From Phoronis australis (Eukaryota; Animalia; Phoronida): a stretch of DNA of 64,000 nt. Below the pieces are notes generated by a model. It saw only the letters and a program-made list of their open reading frames with translations, ran no database searches and was not told the DNA's origin. The DNA lies in contig NMRA01000064.1 of the NCBI GenBank assembly GCA_002633005.1, positions 439,977-503,976 on the forward strand. Direction: 5' to 3'. The position numbers and the translations under genes were made by a program. Positions 49,328-62,913 of this stretch are shown piece after piece (position 1 is the stretch's first letter; each line of letters begins with the position of its first letter).

Positions 49328-51408
49328 AGTGATTTCCACTAATGAACAAATTATGTCATCACTAGCCTGACCTCATGGGTCATTGTAGTGAAGAGCCATT
49401 TGCTAGAAAACAAAAGAACAGCAAAATAAATCCTGTTGAACTCAAGCTTGTGTCAGCCTACTCCAGGCTAAGGACAGTTTTAATGACAGTTTCCGAAAAT
49501 ACGCCCTTTTCTGAAAACACGCCCGTGCGTATATTTGATTTCATTTGGCGTTTTGGAAATGTCATTTCCGAATATCTCCACACGCTAGTATTTTCGGAAA
49601 TTCCCGGTACTTGCGTGCGGTAAGCGGTGAGTTCCACAGGGAAAATGGAGCGACAAAACTCCGTGATCTTTTCGGCGAATACCTAAAGGATACAAGCTAA
49701 CATTTTAAGCTGCAAGATATCAAATTTTCTTTACTTGCTTCGACACTGGCCAGAACTTTACATGAGTATCCCTGCAAACATGTCAAACTCTTGCTTGTTA
49801 AGGAATTACAGGTCTAAGTTTTTCATTGAATGTAAATCAATGATCGAGTGGTGCAGTTGATGACATCTCAACAACTCAAACATGGTCTCATATTCAATGT
49901 CACCAACTCTTACGTAGGCCCCATTGCTCTTCTGAAAGATTCTATTTTACAAGAGACGGCTTAAATTAACACTAGTGCTATCTCATATTAAATCTTGGAG
50001 CCAAATTTCTACACCACGTTATGTTATAACAATTGCCTGTGGAATGATTTAGGCACTCGGGTTTAAAAAAGGTATAGCACATCGGCAACAGACTTTACGC
50101 GATTAAGAAAGAATTACTTTTTTCCTGAACCCTGCATACGTTTTTATAAGTGTGTAATGAATTACTTTGATGGTTTTTCACGAAGTGTATTACTAGTTCT
50201 CTCTCGTTCCTTGATTTTTATTTTCATTTATTTTCGCAGTGTGCCGTATTTGCGTTTTTATCTATTGTCTATTCCTTCTATTTGTATTTGAACATTTGTA
50301 CCGCTAAATAAATATATTTCCTCACTCTTTCACACATTTTTGCCTTATTTCCATTGAATGACTTGTAGCTTAGGCCCCATTTGTTACAAGCTCTAGGCTT
50401 TCCACATCTAAGCCACCATACTTGTCCTGCACCATTCTTTCTTTTGTCACCTTCTTATCTTGGTCTTTTTGCGCTATATCAGATTCTACGTTCTCAGCGA
50501 TGGCTAAATAATTTCATTCACTCAACGGTAAGCGGTTTCTTGTTTTGATGTTGAATCTGTTAGAAAATAAAGTTATGTTCTAGAATAATAGGTGACTTGA
50601 CATTTTTGTTCTCCGAGGTTGTATAATGGCTGGGCTGGAGCTCATGAGTCCGCAAATTTTGACGTGTTAACAGTTTCGAATGTGTTTTCAGGTTAGCGGG
50701 AAATTCATATAAGGTACAACAACGCACTTATTTCTCCAACAATATAAGTAAGCACAATTCAAATTTCACATCATCTTAGTTTGAATTTCTGTCCAAATTT
50801 TCGAGCCTTTTAATTGAGCTCAGTTATACTTGACTTGTGTAACAAGAGCCGACGTGTTCTCAACGAATATATTAGTATTTGCAGCGGCAGATTTAAGGGA
50901 GGAGGGGGGGCAAGGGGGCCAAATCCTGGTTAATACTTTACCCTGTCCCCCCAGTTACTCCGCCCCTGATTTTCAAACGTTTCAACTGTATAACGGGATT
51001 CATTCTTCGAGCACGAACATCAGTGTAATATGTGTTCGAACATAACACATTCAACAAATTCCCTTTCTCGAAACTTCGCTCATTACTTTGCATAGAGCCT
51101 ATACGTACCAATTTTAAAATAAGCAAATCCAGTTTTCAGTGTGTATTTTTTTTTTCTTTTAAGGCAGAACGACACTACTAGTTTGGGGCACAGATCAGTG
51201 TATTTCCCTATAAATCACGTATATTTACAACTAAGTGTAGCGAATGTAAGGATATATTATTTTGGTTCAAGTAGACGACGCAGGAAGACCAGTACTGTGT
51301 GCATAATTATACGTACCAACATACATACACGCATACGTACGTACGTACGTACACACATCCATTCAAAAATACATACATACAAATACATACATACATACAT
51401 ACATTCAT

Positions 51409-51562
51409 ACCAGGGGGATCCAGGATTTTGAGTTAGGGGGGCCAGGGCAGAGCATTAGCCAGAATTTTGCCCGACAGACATTCGCACCCCCGAACTGCCA
51501 AATGGATTCTGGGAGAATTTTAGGGAAGCCATGGCCACCTGCCCCTCCTAAATCCGTCACAG
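51409..51562. mobile_element. Short hAT-type MITE within a (CATA)n microsatellite; related degenerate copies near 8582-8636 and 50882-50968
   Basis: cagggggatccagg ... cctaaatccgtcacag termini resemble the CAGGGGCGGATCC...GGATCCGCCCCTG class. Confidence 0.5.
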
Positions 51563-52787
51563 CATACATACATACATACAGACATAGGCCTACGTACATA
51601 CATACAGACATACACATACACATACAAACTGTATATACATATACAATAACTTCAAAATGTTCCGTAAACTCTGTTTGTCAACTGTGTTCACGTTTTCTTC
51701 GTTGTGACGAAAAGCGCCGCTGCTCAACTTGTCGATACGCTAAATCAGCGTACCAAAACAACGTGCCGTAGTCGTCGGAAAAAGTGGTTCACGCAGTGCA
51801 CCAACGTGCACCATGAGACCACGATTTGGTTTACAGTGATATCTGAATTGAACCCAGACGGTTCCGGACAACTCAGATAACCATTTCAAAACAGTTAATG
51901 GGAAATTAGTTTTCGAGAACAATTACTAATGTTGTCAATTTCAGTTGTAGGCCTACGCTAAATTTTAAAAGACCCGCACAACACACGCCGACAAAGAAAG
52001 AAATCTTTCAGAGAGGCATGTTTGGAGTAGGCCTACAGTCCAATTGTTTTTGTCAGCAGTTCGATGGAGAACAAATGATCAGGATGACGCATCTATAAAT
52101 TTTTGTTTGATAGTGAATAGCCTACATTTAACCAACGGTGACATCTCATGAAACTGGAATGCAGGACGCTGAGTTTTGACCGGATCAAATGTTACCAACG
52201 AAGGGGTAACCATTAATCAAAAATTCTGATAAAACGGAGGCTTTTCATAGGCATCCGTATAAAAACGAAGAATGAATAGTTATGGTAGTCTGGGACTAAT
52301 TGCCATCCAGTGCGTAGTATATTTTAAGCTTTAATTGCTATCATCGTATTTTGGATTGTTGGTCCACAGAGGAAGTATTTTGAGCGACTTTAAGTGTTAT
52401 TATTTTTCGTTTTTCTAACAACTGGATCGTGACACTTTTTAAAGAGAGTCACGATCTGGATTTTATCGTACCGCCAGGATGCTGGAACGGAATGAATTTC
52501 CCGGGATCAAATGGTTCTGCTTGCTAATTTCCTAGCCGCGTTCGGAATGTGGAAGCCACAGTCCCGGCGGCAATCACCGGTTTAGCCCACACTTCACAGA
52601 GAAATGTCATTTGTATTGTCACTGTCAGGCATTCAGCTCAGCTTCGGTCGAATGTACTTCCGTTTATCTTTAGAGCTCTAATCTGATTCAGTGATTCCGT
52701 ACCGTCGGGTTCATTAGTCACCTCACAAAGCCGCGTTGCCACATACAAACAACAGAAACACATCTGAGGAATTCCCATTATAACTAG

Positions 52788-52869
52788 GTCATGTGACGTC
52801 ATCAGAGGTCACTGGCACTGGATTGTTGGGATTGCGAGAACCGGTTCAAACGTCTCTTCTTATTTGCAT
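52788..52869 (+). promoter_or_regulatory. Proximal promoter motifs of PDZ-LIM gene B
   Basis: GTCATGTGAC (MiT/TFE/USF-type E-box) overlapping a full CRE TGACGTCA (52794-52801); octamer ATTTGCAT at 52862-52869; all within about 110 bp of the ATG. Confidence 0.45.
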
Positions 52870-52893
52870 TAAAAAATTTCGAATCTCTTCAAC

Positions 52894-53004
52894 ATGGCTG
52901 CACAGAAGCTCACTGTTACGTTAACTCGCCCGTCTGCTCAAGTGTCGTGGGGATTTCGTCTCCAAGGAGGTACAGACTTTGCCACACCGCTGTCAATCCA
53001 GTTG
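52894..53004 (+). CDS. PDZ-LIM gene B (Zasp52-like) exon 1: MAAQKLTVTLTRPSAQVSWGFRLQGGTDFATPLSIQL
   Basis: aacATGG Kozak context; WGFRLQGG.DF PDZ signature; TTG|GTGAGT donor; 111 nt. Confidence 0.92.
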
Positions 53005-56000
53005 GTGAGTTTCAACTTCATGAAGTCAGCCCACAATCAGACGGCTTGACAGGTTTAGGCCTTGGCCTTACTGTTAGGCTAAATGGAGTTCAACTACTCC
53101 GGGCACTTCACACTGGAAATTTTTCGAGTGTGCCGCAGCAGTTTGCTCGATTTAATTATAATTGACCCAGGTGTCAGTAACGTTACAAACACGAATTTGT
53201 TTGGCAATCATGAAATGAACTGAAATATGAGTTATTGACTCAATAGTTGGCTGCTGTTGTTTCTGATGTAGGCCTGCTAGTGTTTAACAACTGGTTTTGC
53301 CAGGACTAGATAGCAACTCATTGCAACCGACTATTTTGTGGAGTGTCCTTGGTCGTCATTACTCAGCTTTTAAATCGCCATGCCTTAGAATTATTCTAAA
53401 GGTTGTGATAGACAATACTGAGTAGTTAAATGAGCAAAAATATCGGATCGTTCAGACATCTTTATCATCAACCTGTAGCCAAGTGATGTTGGAAAGATGA
53501 CATATTGCTTTGGTGTTGGGGATATATAGGTTTTGAGATATTCAAGTGCATTTGAATTGGGTTTCCTTATTTCTGCTGTAAGAGTACGATGCCAGTGAAT
53601 TATTCAGCAGTAGTAAACTGAAATGAATCTCCTCTGAAGTTTACATTAAAATGAATTTTCATTAAGTTTCCTGTTAATAGTTACATGGCTGAATACAACC
53701 ACAGGCATTGTGAATAAAACATTATCCTGAATTGAAAAACAATGTCTCATTTCCTACTGTAGCTATAACACTAGAAAAACCAGAAAACTTTTCACTTTGG
53801 CAGTTAGTGGACACTGTTAACACACAGATAAAAGTCAAAAGTCAAATTGCAATGCACTGATCAACTTCCTTTGTGGCAAAGTAAAATGTGTAAATATGGC
53901 TGTCAGCTGAACTAAAGATGTCTTATCAATCATATTCTTGACATTCCCGCCTGTGTCTGGTCCAGTGCACAGCAAGTCCAGCAATGTAGTCATTTTCATT
54001 TCCTGAATTGTCTTAAAATTTCTTCAATGATGTTCAACTCCTGCAAGCCTGCCTTGACTAGATGTGAGATGAATTATTGTTAAAATTACTGTTTGTTAAT
54101 TAAGTGCTTCAGTGACTAGACCCTGGAATTTGGTGACCCTGTGACCCTTTCAAAGTAAATTTTATCAACTATTGGTCTGAAGGGTTTCAAGAGGTGTGTT
54201 GTGTACACTTATGTTAAGATAAAGGCTTGCTTTGGTGAGCCTTGTAATAACTGACATAAATTCTATCAGTCTAGATTCATGGTCAGATGCTAAGCAGAAC
54301 ACAGAGGGCTACCAGCTCAGGTGACTGTCCATGTCATTGTTACCCTCAAACCAGGAGGCAGTATGCTCACTCAATGTAAACTATGTTTGTAATAGTCAGT
54401 TTAAATGTAGCGTGTACAATTACAATGATTGAGCAACAGATTTGTTGATGTCAGGTGGTGCACTAATTAATGTTCATTGGCTACTGAAGGATAATCGTCA
54501 AAGCACTTAACTGAACCTTACCTGCCTAGCAGTTCCTTTTGTACATAGCACATATTATGTGAGGGGGTGAAGCCTAATGACTTAAGCAATAAAATAAAAA
54601 AATTGTTTTAATTTGTGCATAATGAGTAAAGTGTAAATACATAATATGTACTGGTTTATGTGGAACAGTTTGTGTAGCAACTGAATACGCATTACAGAGG
54701 GTATTCACGACTTCACTCGGCTGTGGTGCTAGGGGTTCCCAATTTAAACTGCCGAGAAAGATTGCTCTACAGTGGCAGTTTGTGGAGTATGGTGTCAAAA
54801 TGGCACTTTGCTTACCCTCTGCCCATGATAATGAACAAGTTTGTGCTTTCTCAAAACATAAAATGACAACTAGATGTACAGTAGCTATTTACGTTCTCAC
54901 AGTGTCATCGTTGTGCAAGTGCTGTCTGCCCACCAGGAGCTAATTCAGGATTTCAAAAAATAGCGCATCCAGTATGGATTGCCCAATTTCTCAGGGCATC
55001 TGTAACTAACAACGCTTAGCTCTGAGCATTTTGGAAGTCCCAAATCAAATTGCTCCCGTCATATGTTACTGTGGAAACAGGGTTTTGCTATAATTTATTT
55101 TTTGTATTTTATATAATTTCTAAACTTTTTTATTCTTGTCAAGCTAGTGAGCTTCCAAAGTTGCTGCTTGCAAGTTAAGACACACACACACTTACTTGGT
55201 TATTTCACTTGGGCTGAACAGGTCGTCCTAAGCTAGAGTATCCATTTGGACGCCCTGGACATCCTCTAGATGAAGGCCTGCTACCCACTGCCGCTGTAAA
55301 TGTTTGAGTGCCACAATGGTCTACTTTTACAGGATTAATGGCAAGGTTTGGTATTTAACCCGAGAATTTTTACCTTTTGAGTTGTATTTGAAAAAGTACG
55401 TCAAATGATTTTTTTCCGAAAACGCATCATTTTATGTGGATGTACTGTATGGGAAACATGAAAATGCATTGGTTATCTCAATATATGTTTGCATCATGTG
55501 TTATGTCACTTATGGGAGCAAGTCTTTACTCTAGTGAGGTGGAAGAAACCCACCAACTGCGGCATTCACCTCACTGCCTTCTGTGAGGGTGTGTGACAGT
55601 GACATAAGTATAGTAGCCTGACATAAGTGGCCCCTGGTTCAGCTTTACAGTATTGTAGTTGCTCAGTTCTGTTCCAATAGACTTCATTTCTCCAGTTTGA
55701 GCAGTCTCTTAAATTTGGGACACCAGAAATCTAGCCAAAATTGATTTTCTTAGATTCTCGAAATTGGAACATGGGTGATTTTGGCCTGTCTTATACCTCA
55801 AATATCACTCTGCGTTTTGTGTTAGCAGAGTTTAAAACAAGACTTGGCACTTCATAAAATCATTGAAAATACCTGCCAACACAATGTTCTCATGCATCTC
55901 CATATTACACTACATAAAGGTGAATGATCGTGTCGTTAATCGTAATTCTTGAATTTGGGATGACCTATATTGCCTTCTAATAAAATTTGTTGCAAGCTCT

Positions 56001-58401
56001 GATCCAAACTGAAGACTGCTTACTGTACAAATTGAGTTAGTAGGCAATCCTTCATGGTTTTTATACATAATTAAATCTGTGTACATAGTTTTGTTGATAC
56101 AAATGTAAATTTAGTGCTTTCAATTATTGCAATACAGCGACTCCAGCTTTAGGATTACTTATGTGTGTGTGTGAACATTGATGATCTGTACAGTTTGTCC
56201 ACCATCATCATATTTCATCCTATTATTGAAGGTTTATACCAGTAACTCCTGAACCATGAGTCATTCTAAATTTAAATGCATTTATTTAGCTCACAAATTT
56301 TAAAGTTACTGGACCCGTGTTTTGACACATAAGGCAGTGAAAAAATTCAAATTGAACCGATTTATTTTGTGTTATATGTCAAACGAATCAGGACTTTTGA
56401 TCCAGGTAAAAAAATTACAAAAGCCACATGTCCTTACCTTTTCTAACAATAATGGTTAAAATAACTGGATGTCAAATTCCAGTGACTTCAAAGTTTTTAT
56501 AGAAATATCAGACCTAGTGAAAGCCCACAAGATCTTGTCAATTTTCAATTCCAAGCTGTTCAAAAGCAATGAAACATGGTAAACAAAGGGATCCAGCAAC
56601 TTTAAACCTGGTTGTTTACCTCATGATAGAATGGGTGGAGTTTGTTGACACACAAATCACTCAAGTGTCATTACTACTCAGTCAGGCAGTGTGTATACTT
56701 GTCAACATGGTCTTGTTTCTGACTCATCAACAACTGTTTGCATGCATGGTTGATGTGTTTTTTATAAGTTGAAAGGTGATGCACTGACTGATATACCAGT
56801 GATGTGCAAGGCAGCTGTTTGTTTGATAATTTATTCGGTGTAAATTTGGATGACTTTAAGAAAAACTAAGCTGTCAGTTGTGTTGATGTCTGTCATCTGT
56901 CAAATAGCTATTACCAGGAAACAATTGCTTTGGTATATTCCTGAATAGGTTTCTCGTTTTACTCCAGCCAGTTGAAAGCTGCAAAGTTTCCAACATTCTT
57001 GACCTGTCTTGTAATATGAGCCAGTTATTTGACTTGGGGATTATAGTAGACTGTATACAGTGCTACTGAAATGATCATAGACCACATACAGTAATACCAT
57101 AGGCAGTATGCAGGTTATCAGCCAGTTGTGGGCAGAATGAAACTATGAGCTGTTGGTTTGGAGCTTTGGTGTTGTTGGAAGTAGTGTGCATGCTAGAATA
57201 ACGTGCTCACTGGTTTCACGTGGAGAATTTCTGGCTTACACTGGTCACCACTCTGAGTCCCTAAACCCCAGATAACTATTAATGTAGATCTGAGCTAATG
57301 AAGTGGAAAGGTAATTGCTAGCACTACTTTCTTAACAATGGTGGTCCTTATTATACTCAAATTGTTTTTCTATGGCATTTACACAGAGTTAAAGCCTGTA
57401 ATATGGAGAGCAGTTTTAACTTAGTACATTAAATTTTACAAAAAGACTAAGAAGTTAATTTGCATGGATCTTGACAAAAGGCCACTTACCAAGGGAACCT
57501 TGCTTTTAAATATGTTCCATACCTTTTTTTATTTTAATACTTCTGTCTAATTGCTGGACAATTTTGGTTGCAGTAACTACATAACTATTCTAGCTTTTCC
57601 TCAGTCTAAAAAATGAAATCACAGCTCTTGCCCACCGACCAACCCCATCCACTGCTTGCACACTCTCTCTCGTTGACTACAGAGCTAGCCATCTTAGTTG
57701 TCTTCACAGGTGTTTCATTACAACTATAAGCTCACTATCGAAATTGACGCATTTCGGCGAATAGCAGTTTTCGGGTTAGTGTACTACTCCTGGAGTAAAG
57801 TAGTTTTGCATGCACTGGGCCCTAAGCAATGTCCAAACGTTATTGACATCTAATTTAGTCACTGTGTGTTGTTCATAGATGTTTAAAGTAGCTGAGTTGA
57901 ATATTAAAAGAATAACCAACGTGATATTGTTAACTCTGATCAGCGTTTGAAAATCACCTAGTATATCAATATGCACAGTCATTTATCTTCAATCGTACCC
58001 AATGTTTGTAGTTTTTAGCTTAATAGTTCTTCGATTTTTAAAAATCGAAATCCAAACTTGGTTGTTTTTTCCATCTGAATACAGCTGTGGTATTTGTTTT
58101 TAATGAAAACTTTTGGTTAATGCATTTTGAAAATTCGCCATACAGGCAGAGGTGTTTACTACAGTTTATGGTCGGGTAATTACACTTAATTGTGTAATGC
58201 TCACACCGACTTTGGGGCCGCACTCTCTTTGATCCCGTTAAAAGCCGCTCCGAAGGATGAGCGGTGAAAAGTCACGCATATCTTTAGAAATGTGTGACTT
58301 TCGTGCAAGCGCATTATTCACGGCATGTGCAGACATGTCTGTGTGCACTGCTGTAAGCAGGGAAACTCTTATCTGTGCCTGGCTGTTATGTTAATTTCTA
58401 A

Positions 58402-58867
58402 AGGCCCTTTCATACTAGTGTCTTGGTTTGGAAGTTTTGGGGAGTTGCAGTTAGTATGAACAGTTAACTTCGGTCCTGGATCAGTGCTACTTACACTTTG
58501 CAGTAAAATAACAGGGGAGTGTCAACGCTGGGGCTCAGTATGAACGGTCAACTCCAGGGGCCACTGCTATTGTCATCAATAAAAGGCAGTGTTGTCGCTA
58601 ATATTTTGCTCAAATATAATGGAACTAGAAATAAGTTTTATGTCAATTAGCACATGTAAATGTACTCAAATTGTCACATTAGAAAAGTCTTAGCGTGCAC
58701 GGGATGCGTCAGTGCTTCGTTGCGATTACTTCGATGACGATAGCGTCACCTACTGTTTACTTCGATGCCGTTAGCTACCGAGGGAAGCTGGTATGAACGA
58801 TTCAATTAATTTGTAGTTTACATTGACGCACCGCTCATACTAGAGTTCAATTAGTATGAAAGGGCTT
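58402..58867. mobile_element. PIF/Harbinger-type MITE with TAA target-site duplication
   Basis: TAA|aggccctttcatacta ... tagtatgaaagggctt|TAA; internal agtatgaac subrepeats. Confidence 0.82.
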
Positions 58868-61800
58868 TAAGATACAAGCATTTTAGTGTGTTATATTGAA
58901 GGAAAGAAAGTGGCATAGTTTGAACAGAAACAGTTGCAGGTCAGTGACATTCTTGAAATGATCATGCACTTCAGTTAGTGTGAATTAGAGATTAGGATCA
59001 TGCACTCCAATTCATTAGTGTGACTGGAGATTACAAATCTTAGAAGCAAAGGTTAGTGTTTGTGCCTGGCAGAAAAATTAGTCTCGCCGCGACAGAAAAA
59101 AATATTTAAATATGTATGATATGAGCCCCTTCTCAAAAAAGTTTACGCTTTTAATAAAAGTACTGAATTAAATCTTAGTGAAGCTAGTTTGGAAATTAAG
59201 AGTGTATTGAGTTTCAAACTAGTAACCAAACCCGTCTAAAGTTCATCTGTTGACTGTTATTGCATGAAAAGGAGTAGATTATTGCAAACTAAATAAGTGC
59301 AATGCATTTCATGGCTAGTTGCTATGTAATTAAAATCGCACATGTTGACAGACATGCTCTTCATCATAGGTATCTAGTGTATAGAAGAGGCCAAGATGGC
59401 ATTGACCTGAGGCCATTGCCCACAACACTGATTGGTGTCTGGTGTTTAGAACGGTAGTGCTAATTCTTTTGTAAACACTGTTGCTGCACTTACACGGTAT
59501 TTCTGATATCAAAATAGACTAAATTTTAACAAGATTGATAAACCTGGGAGTAATATATTGGTCCTAGGATAAACATAGGCCTGCAAAGTGGTTTTGGAAT
59601 GATTATGTTAACTCTGCTGTTAACATTGGTCATTGGTAAAAAAATTTGACTATTGTTTCACAAACAGCCTGGAGTAAATTCAAAAAAGACCGTCTTTGGC
59701 CTCTGGAAAGGCAGTCATGCTGACCTGGGCAAGTGGGCATCAATCTATATTCTGTTCAATAGAGGAGTTGCAATGCAGCACTCCTCTTCAGACTTTGCCT
59801 GGCCAAATCACAATAGCCAGTAATCCCATGTTTATTGTGGGCTGTCTAGCCCTTATAGACAGACATTCCTGACTAAATTAGGCATGATTCATTGACTGCT
59901 TATGAGATGACTTTTTAAAGAATTCATTGGAGTAGACAAAGAATGCCTACCCAATCAGTGTGTTAGGTGGGGCTATCCACTTGTCTACCATGGTGCTGTG
60001 TATCTTCTATTCTTTCTTGCTACTAACAGACTGCTTGTCTGGGTACATATTCTTTTGCATTCTTTCTCATTCTGTATAATTGTTGCCAAAGGGACAACTA
60101 CAGTACCCAAACGTATGAGAACAAGTTTGTGAAATGGAACCATTTTTTTGTCTTTTGTGGTTCTTTACATATTCTTTCAATTGTCGCCTGTTGGCATGAT
60201 CTTCAACCATTCTCTGTACTGCTTGTTGACATTAGTGCAGTGTATTTCATTGTGAACCTGTTATGCTTGAAACAGATGAACAAAAGTACTCCAATAAATT
60301 CTAACATTTATTTTCCTCTCTTTCTATTACGATGTCTGCGAGACAACATATTCTACCAGTATTTTACCTTGTGTTTTGTAGTGAACACCCGTTAAAGTAT
60401 GAAATACGAGATTTGCAAATTGGTGGCATTTAACTATGACATATAAGCTCAGAGGCACCTGGCAGTCTGAAGTATGACAGGTGCAGTAAAGTTATGCATT
60501 GCAATGTAACATATAATTTTCTACCTGCTCTGACATCTGAGTTTGTCATGTCTCTGTCCATGAAATACTATCACTAGACAACTCCGGGGGGGGGGGGGGG
60601 GGGNGGTGAGATTGTATATGAGGATATAGCAAAATTTTTACCTTGTTGATGGAACCTTAAGTATACCGTAACCTGATCCTTAAGTATACCAGTAACCTGA
60701 CATATATTTTGCCAGGAAATGGGGTCTTACAAACTGAAAATATTAATGTCTTAGCTCATAGAGTCTCACTAAAGCTGATCTGGGAGTGTATTTCCTACTG
60801 GAAACTTGATTTTTTTGTGGCATTTGCATGCACTGGTTTACGGATCAAGGACATGAGGATTCGAAGGACAGATGTTCACGAGCGCTCTGACAACAGTAGT
60901 CTTGGTAATGTTTTGAATGGCCACCAGAATTTTGTGGTATTTGTCAAATGAAAGTAAAATGGTTGTGTAATGAGGGAAATCCTGTTGTGAATTATCAAAT
61001 CTGCTGGCATAGGGTAAGAGTCACAAATAAAGAGACCAATGACCCAAATCAAGAGTATCATAACATGACATTTGCTTGAGAAAATATACAAGAGTAGGTA
61101 CTGAGGATATCAATTGAAATCGGGAAGAGGGGGAGCTTGTGACCCTTTCAGAATATAACAAAATGCAAGTTGTCCGATATTGTTGCCCAATTCTTTGCTG
61201 GATGAAAAGTTTTGAGGCTTGTGGGATTCTTGTATTTGAGCTCATGTGACTTAAAGTGTGTGAAAAATATACTGTGGCCGTGAAAATTGTTAAGCGCACA
61301 TGAATGAACGCAAGCATGAGTTACGGATAACTTCTTCATTAGTTGCTTGGTTCAACTGTAACATACAAAAACATTCCATGAGACTATTGAACAATGCCTT
61401 AGTTGTTTACAAAGTTACAATGTGGTACTAATATTTCACACTGCCTGTATACTTAATGGAGGAAACGTTAAACTACTTGAGTCTACGGTAATATGAAAAG
61501 GTACTTAGAAAACACATTGCAACTTCGAAGTTATAACAATATAATGAAATTATCTACAATAGACTTACACCAATTTGTGGCATAAATCAGGATGACAAAA
61601 CTGTAACAAAACTTGTCGGTAAAGGCATTGGCGCGTTACACTGAGAAACGGGGTCAGTCAAACAGTCTCACATATGCAAAATACTTCTGAAGACTATCGT
61701 CACTTGGAAAGGAGATGCAGTAGAAGCCGCATCACCAACACAAAAACCACCAACAGATGGCGAATGAAAATAAACTACTAAATACAAACAAACTGATACA

Positions 61801-61957
61801 TACTATGGTTGTAAAATATGTCATTTTTATATTATCCATTATCTTTTTCACATCCCTAAATACATACACTTGTGCAAAGGTGTACTCAAGAATTAAAAAA
61901 TTCATGATTTGCAATGAAATGGACCCTTGATATTTTGTGCTAAATCAGGATATGGAA

Positions 61958-62023
61958 ATAATTTAGTAAGACCTGTAAATAATTTAGTAAGACCTGTATA
62001 TAATTTAGTAAGACCTGTAAATA
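61958..62023. repeat. Minisatellite, 21-bp unit x3, just upstream of gene B exon 2
   Basis: ataatttagtaagacctgta(a/t) repeated. Confidence 0.85.
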
Positions 62024-62093
62024 ACATACTGTTTGTCTTGTACTTTACATGGCTCCTTGAACTGTTGTTTAAGTTAAGCTGTTGTATTTCTAG

Positions 62094-62245
62094 GTACAGC
62101 CAGGGAGTGTGGCTGCACAAGGCGGACTGCAAGCAGGTGATGCTGTGTTAAGAATCAACGGACAGACAGCAGACGACATTCAGCATGATGAGGCAAAACA
62201 AATGATTGTACAGGCGGGAAACATGGTGGAGTTTATGGTTCAAAG
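62094..62245 (+). CDS. PDZ-LIM gene B exon 2: VQPGSVAAQGGLQAGDAVLRINGQTADDIQHDEAKQMIVQAGNMVEFMVQ(R)
   Basis: tttctag| acceptor, AG|GTATTC donor; 152 nt, phase 0->2; second half of the PDZ domain. Confidence 0.92.
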
Positions 62246-62777
62246 GTATTCTCATGGTCAACACTGTATGGATGTAATGGATTGATTCTTATTGGTTTTA
62301 CTAATTAATTAAAATGCATTGAAATACACGTTTTTCTCTATTGATAATGGTTTCATTTGTCGGAGTGCTTTGTCCATGGCGCTGTTACCATGCAATTGAT
62401 ACAATATTACTCAGTGTTCATTGTATATTGCTCACTGGTAGTATTTCGGAAATTATGTAGGATTAGTTTCATTTAATAACAAATACTGAGTTTTAATATA
62501 ATATTGTCATAGTTGATTCGACTATCGGTCGGATTTTTCTTGCAATGTGACTGGTCACATAGAATCTATTCATCGCCCTCCTATTAACATTTGACAATCT
62601 AAATTCTATTAATTTTTTACCTGTAAACTGTAGTTTCTTGCATGTGACTCGCTCTTGAAATAAAAGCAACTCTGTTTAGAAGCAGGGGCCAATAAGTGTC
62701 ACAATGCTTTGGGAATGTTTCCATTGGTGCACCATTATTGTGAGGATAAATATTGAAGCATTTTGTGTTTTCTTCAG

Positions 62778-62913
62778 GGCTGGTGTGGTGATATGGAAAC
62801 CAAAAGTGACTCCTATGTCAGAACTACGTCCCGAAGAACTACAGACCCACACACTTCCTGGTGAAGCGCCCCCTATCCAGAAAACGTCGTTGGCATCACG
62901 TTTTGCTACAACT
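62778..62913 (+). CDS. PDZ-LIM gene B exon 3: AGVVIWKPKVTPMSELRPEELQTHTLPGEAPPIQKTSLASRFATT (gene continues beyond the window)
   Basis: ttcttcag| acceptor, |GTAAGT donor; 136 nt, phase 2->0; WxPxVTP and KTSLA recall the post-PDZ extension of Drosophila Zasp52. Confidence 0.85.

Noticed and set aside
49880-50520. Possible second decayed LINE 3' end
   Set aside because: Only a faint LWNDL-like remnant and a T-rich tail; too degraded to support a call.
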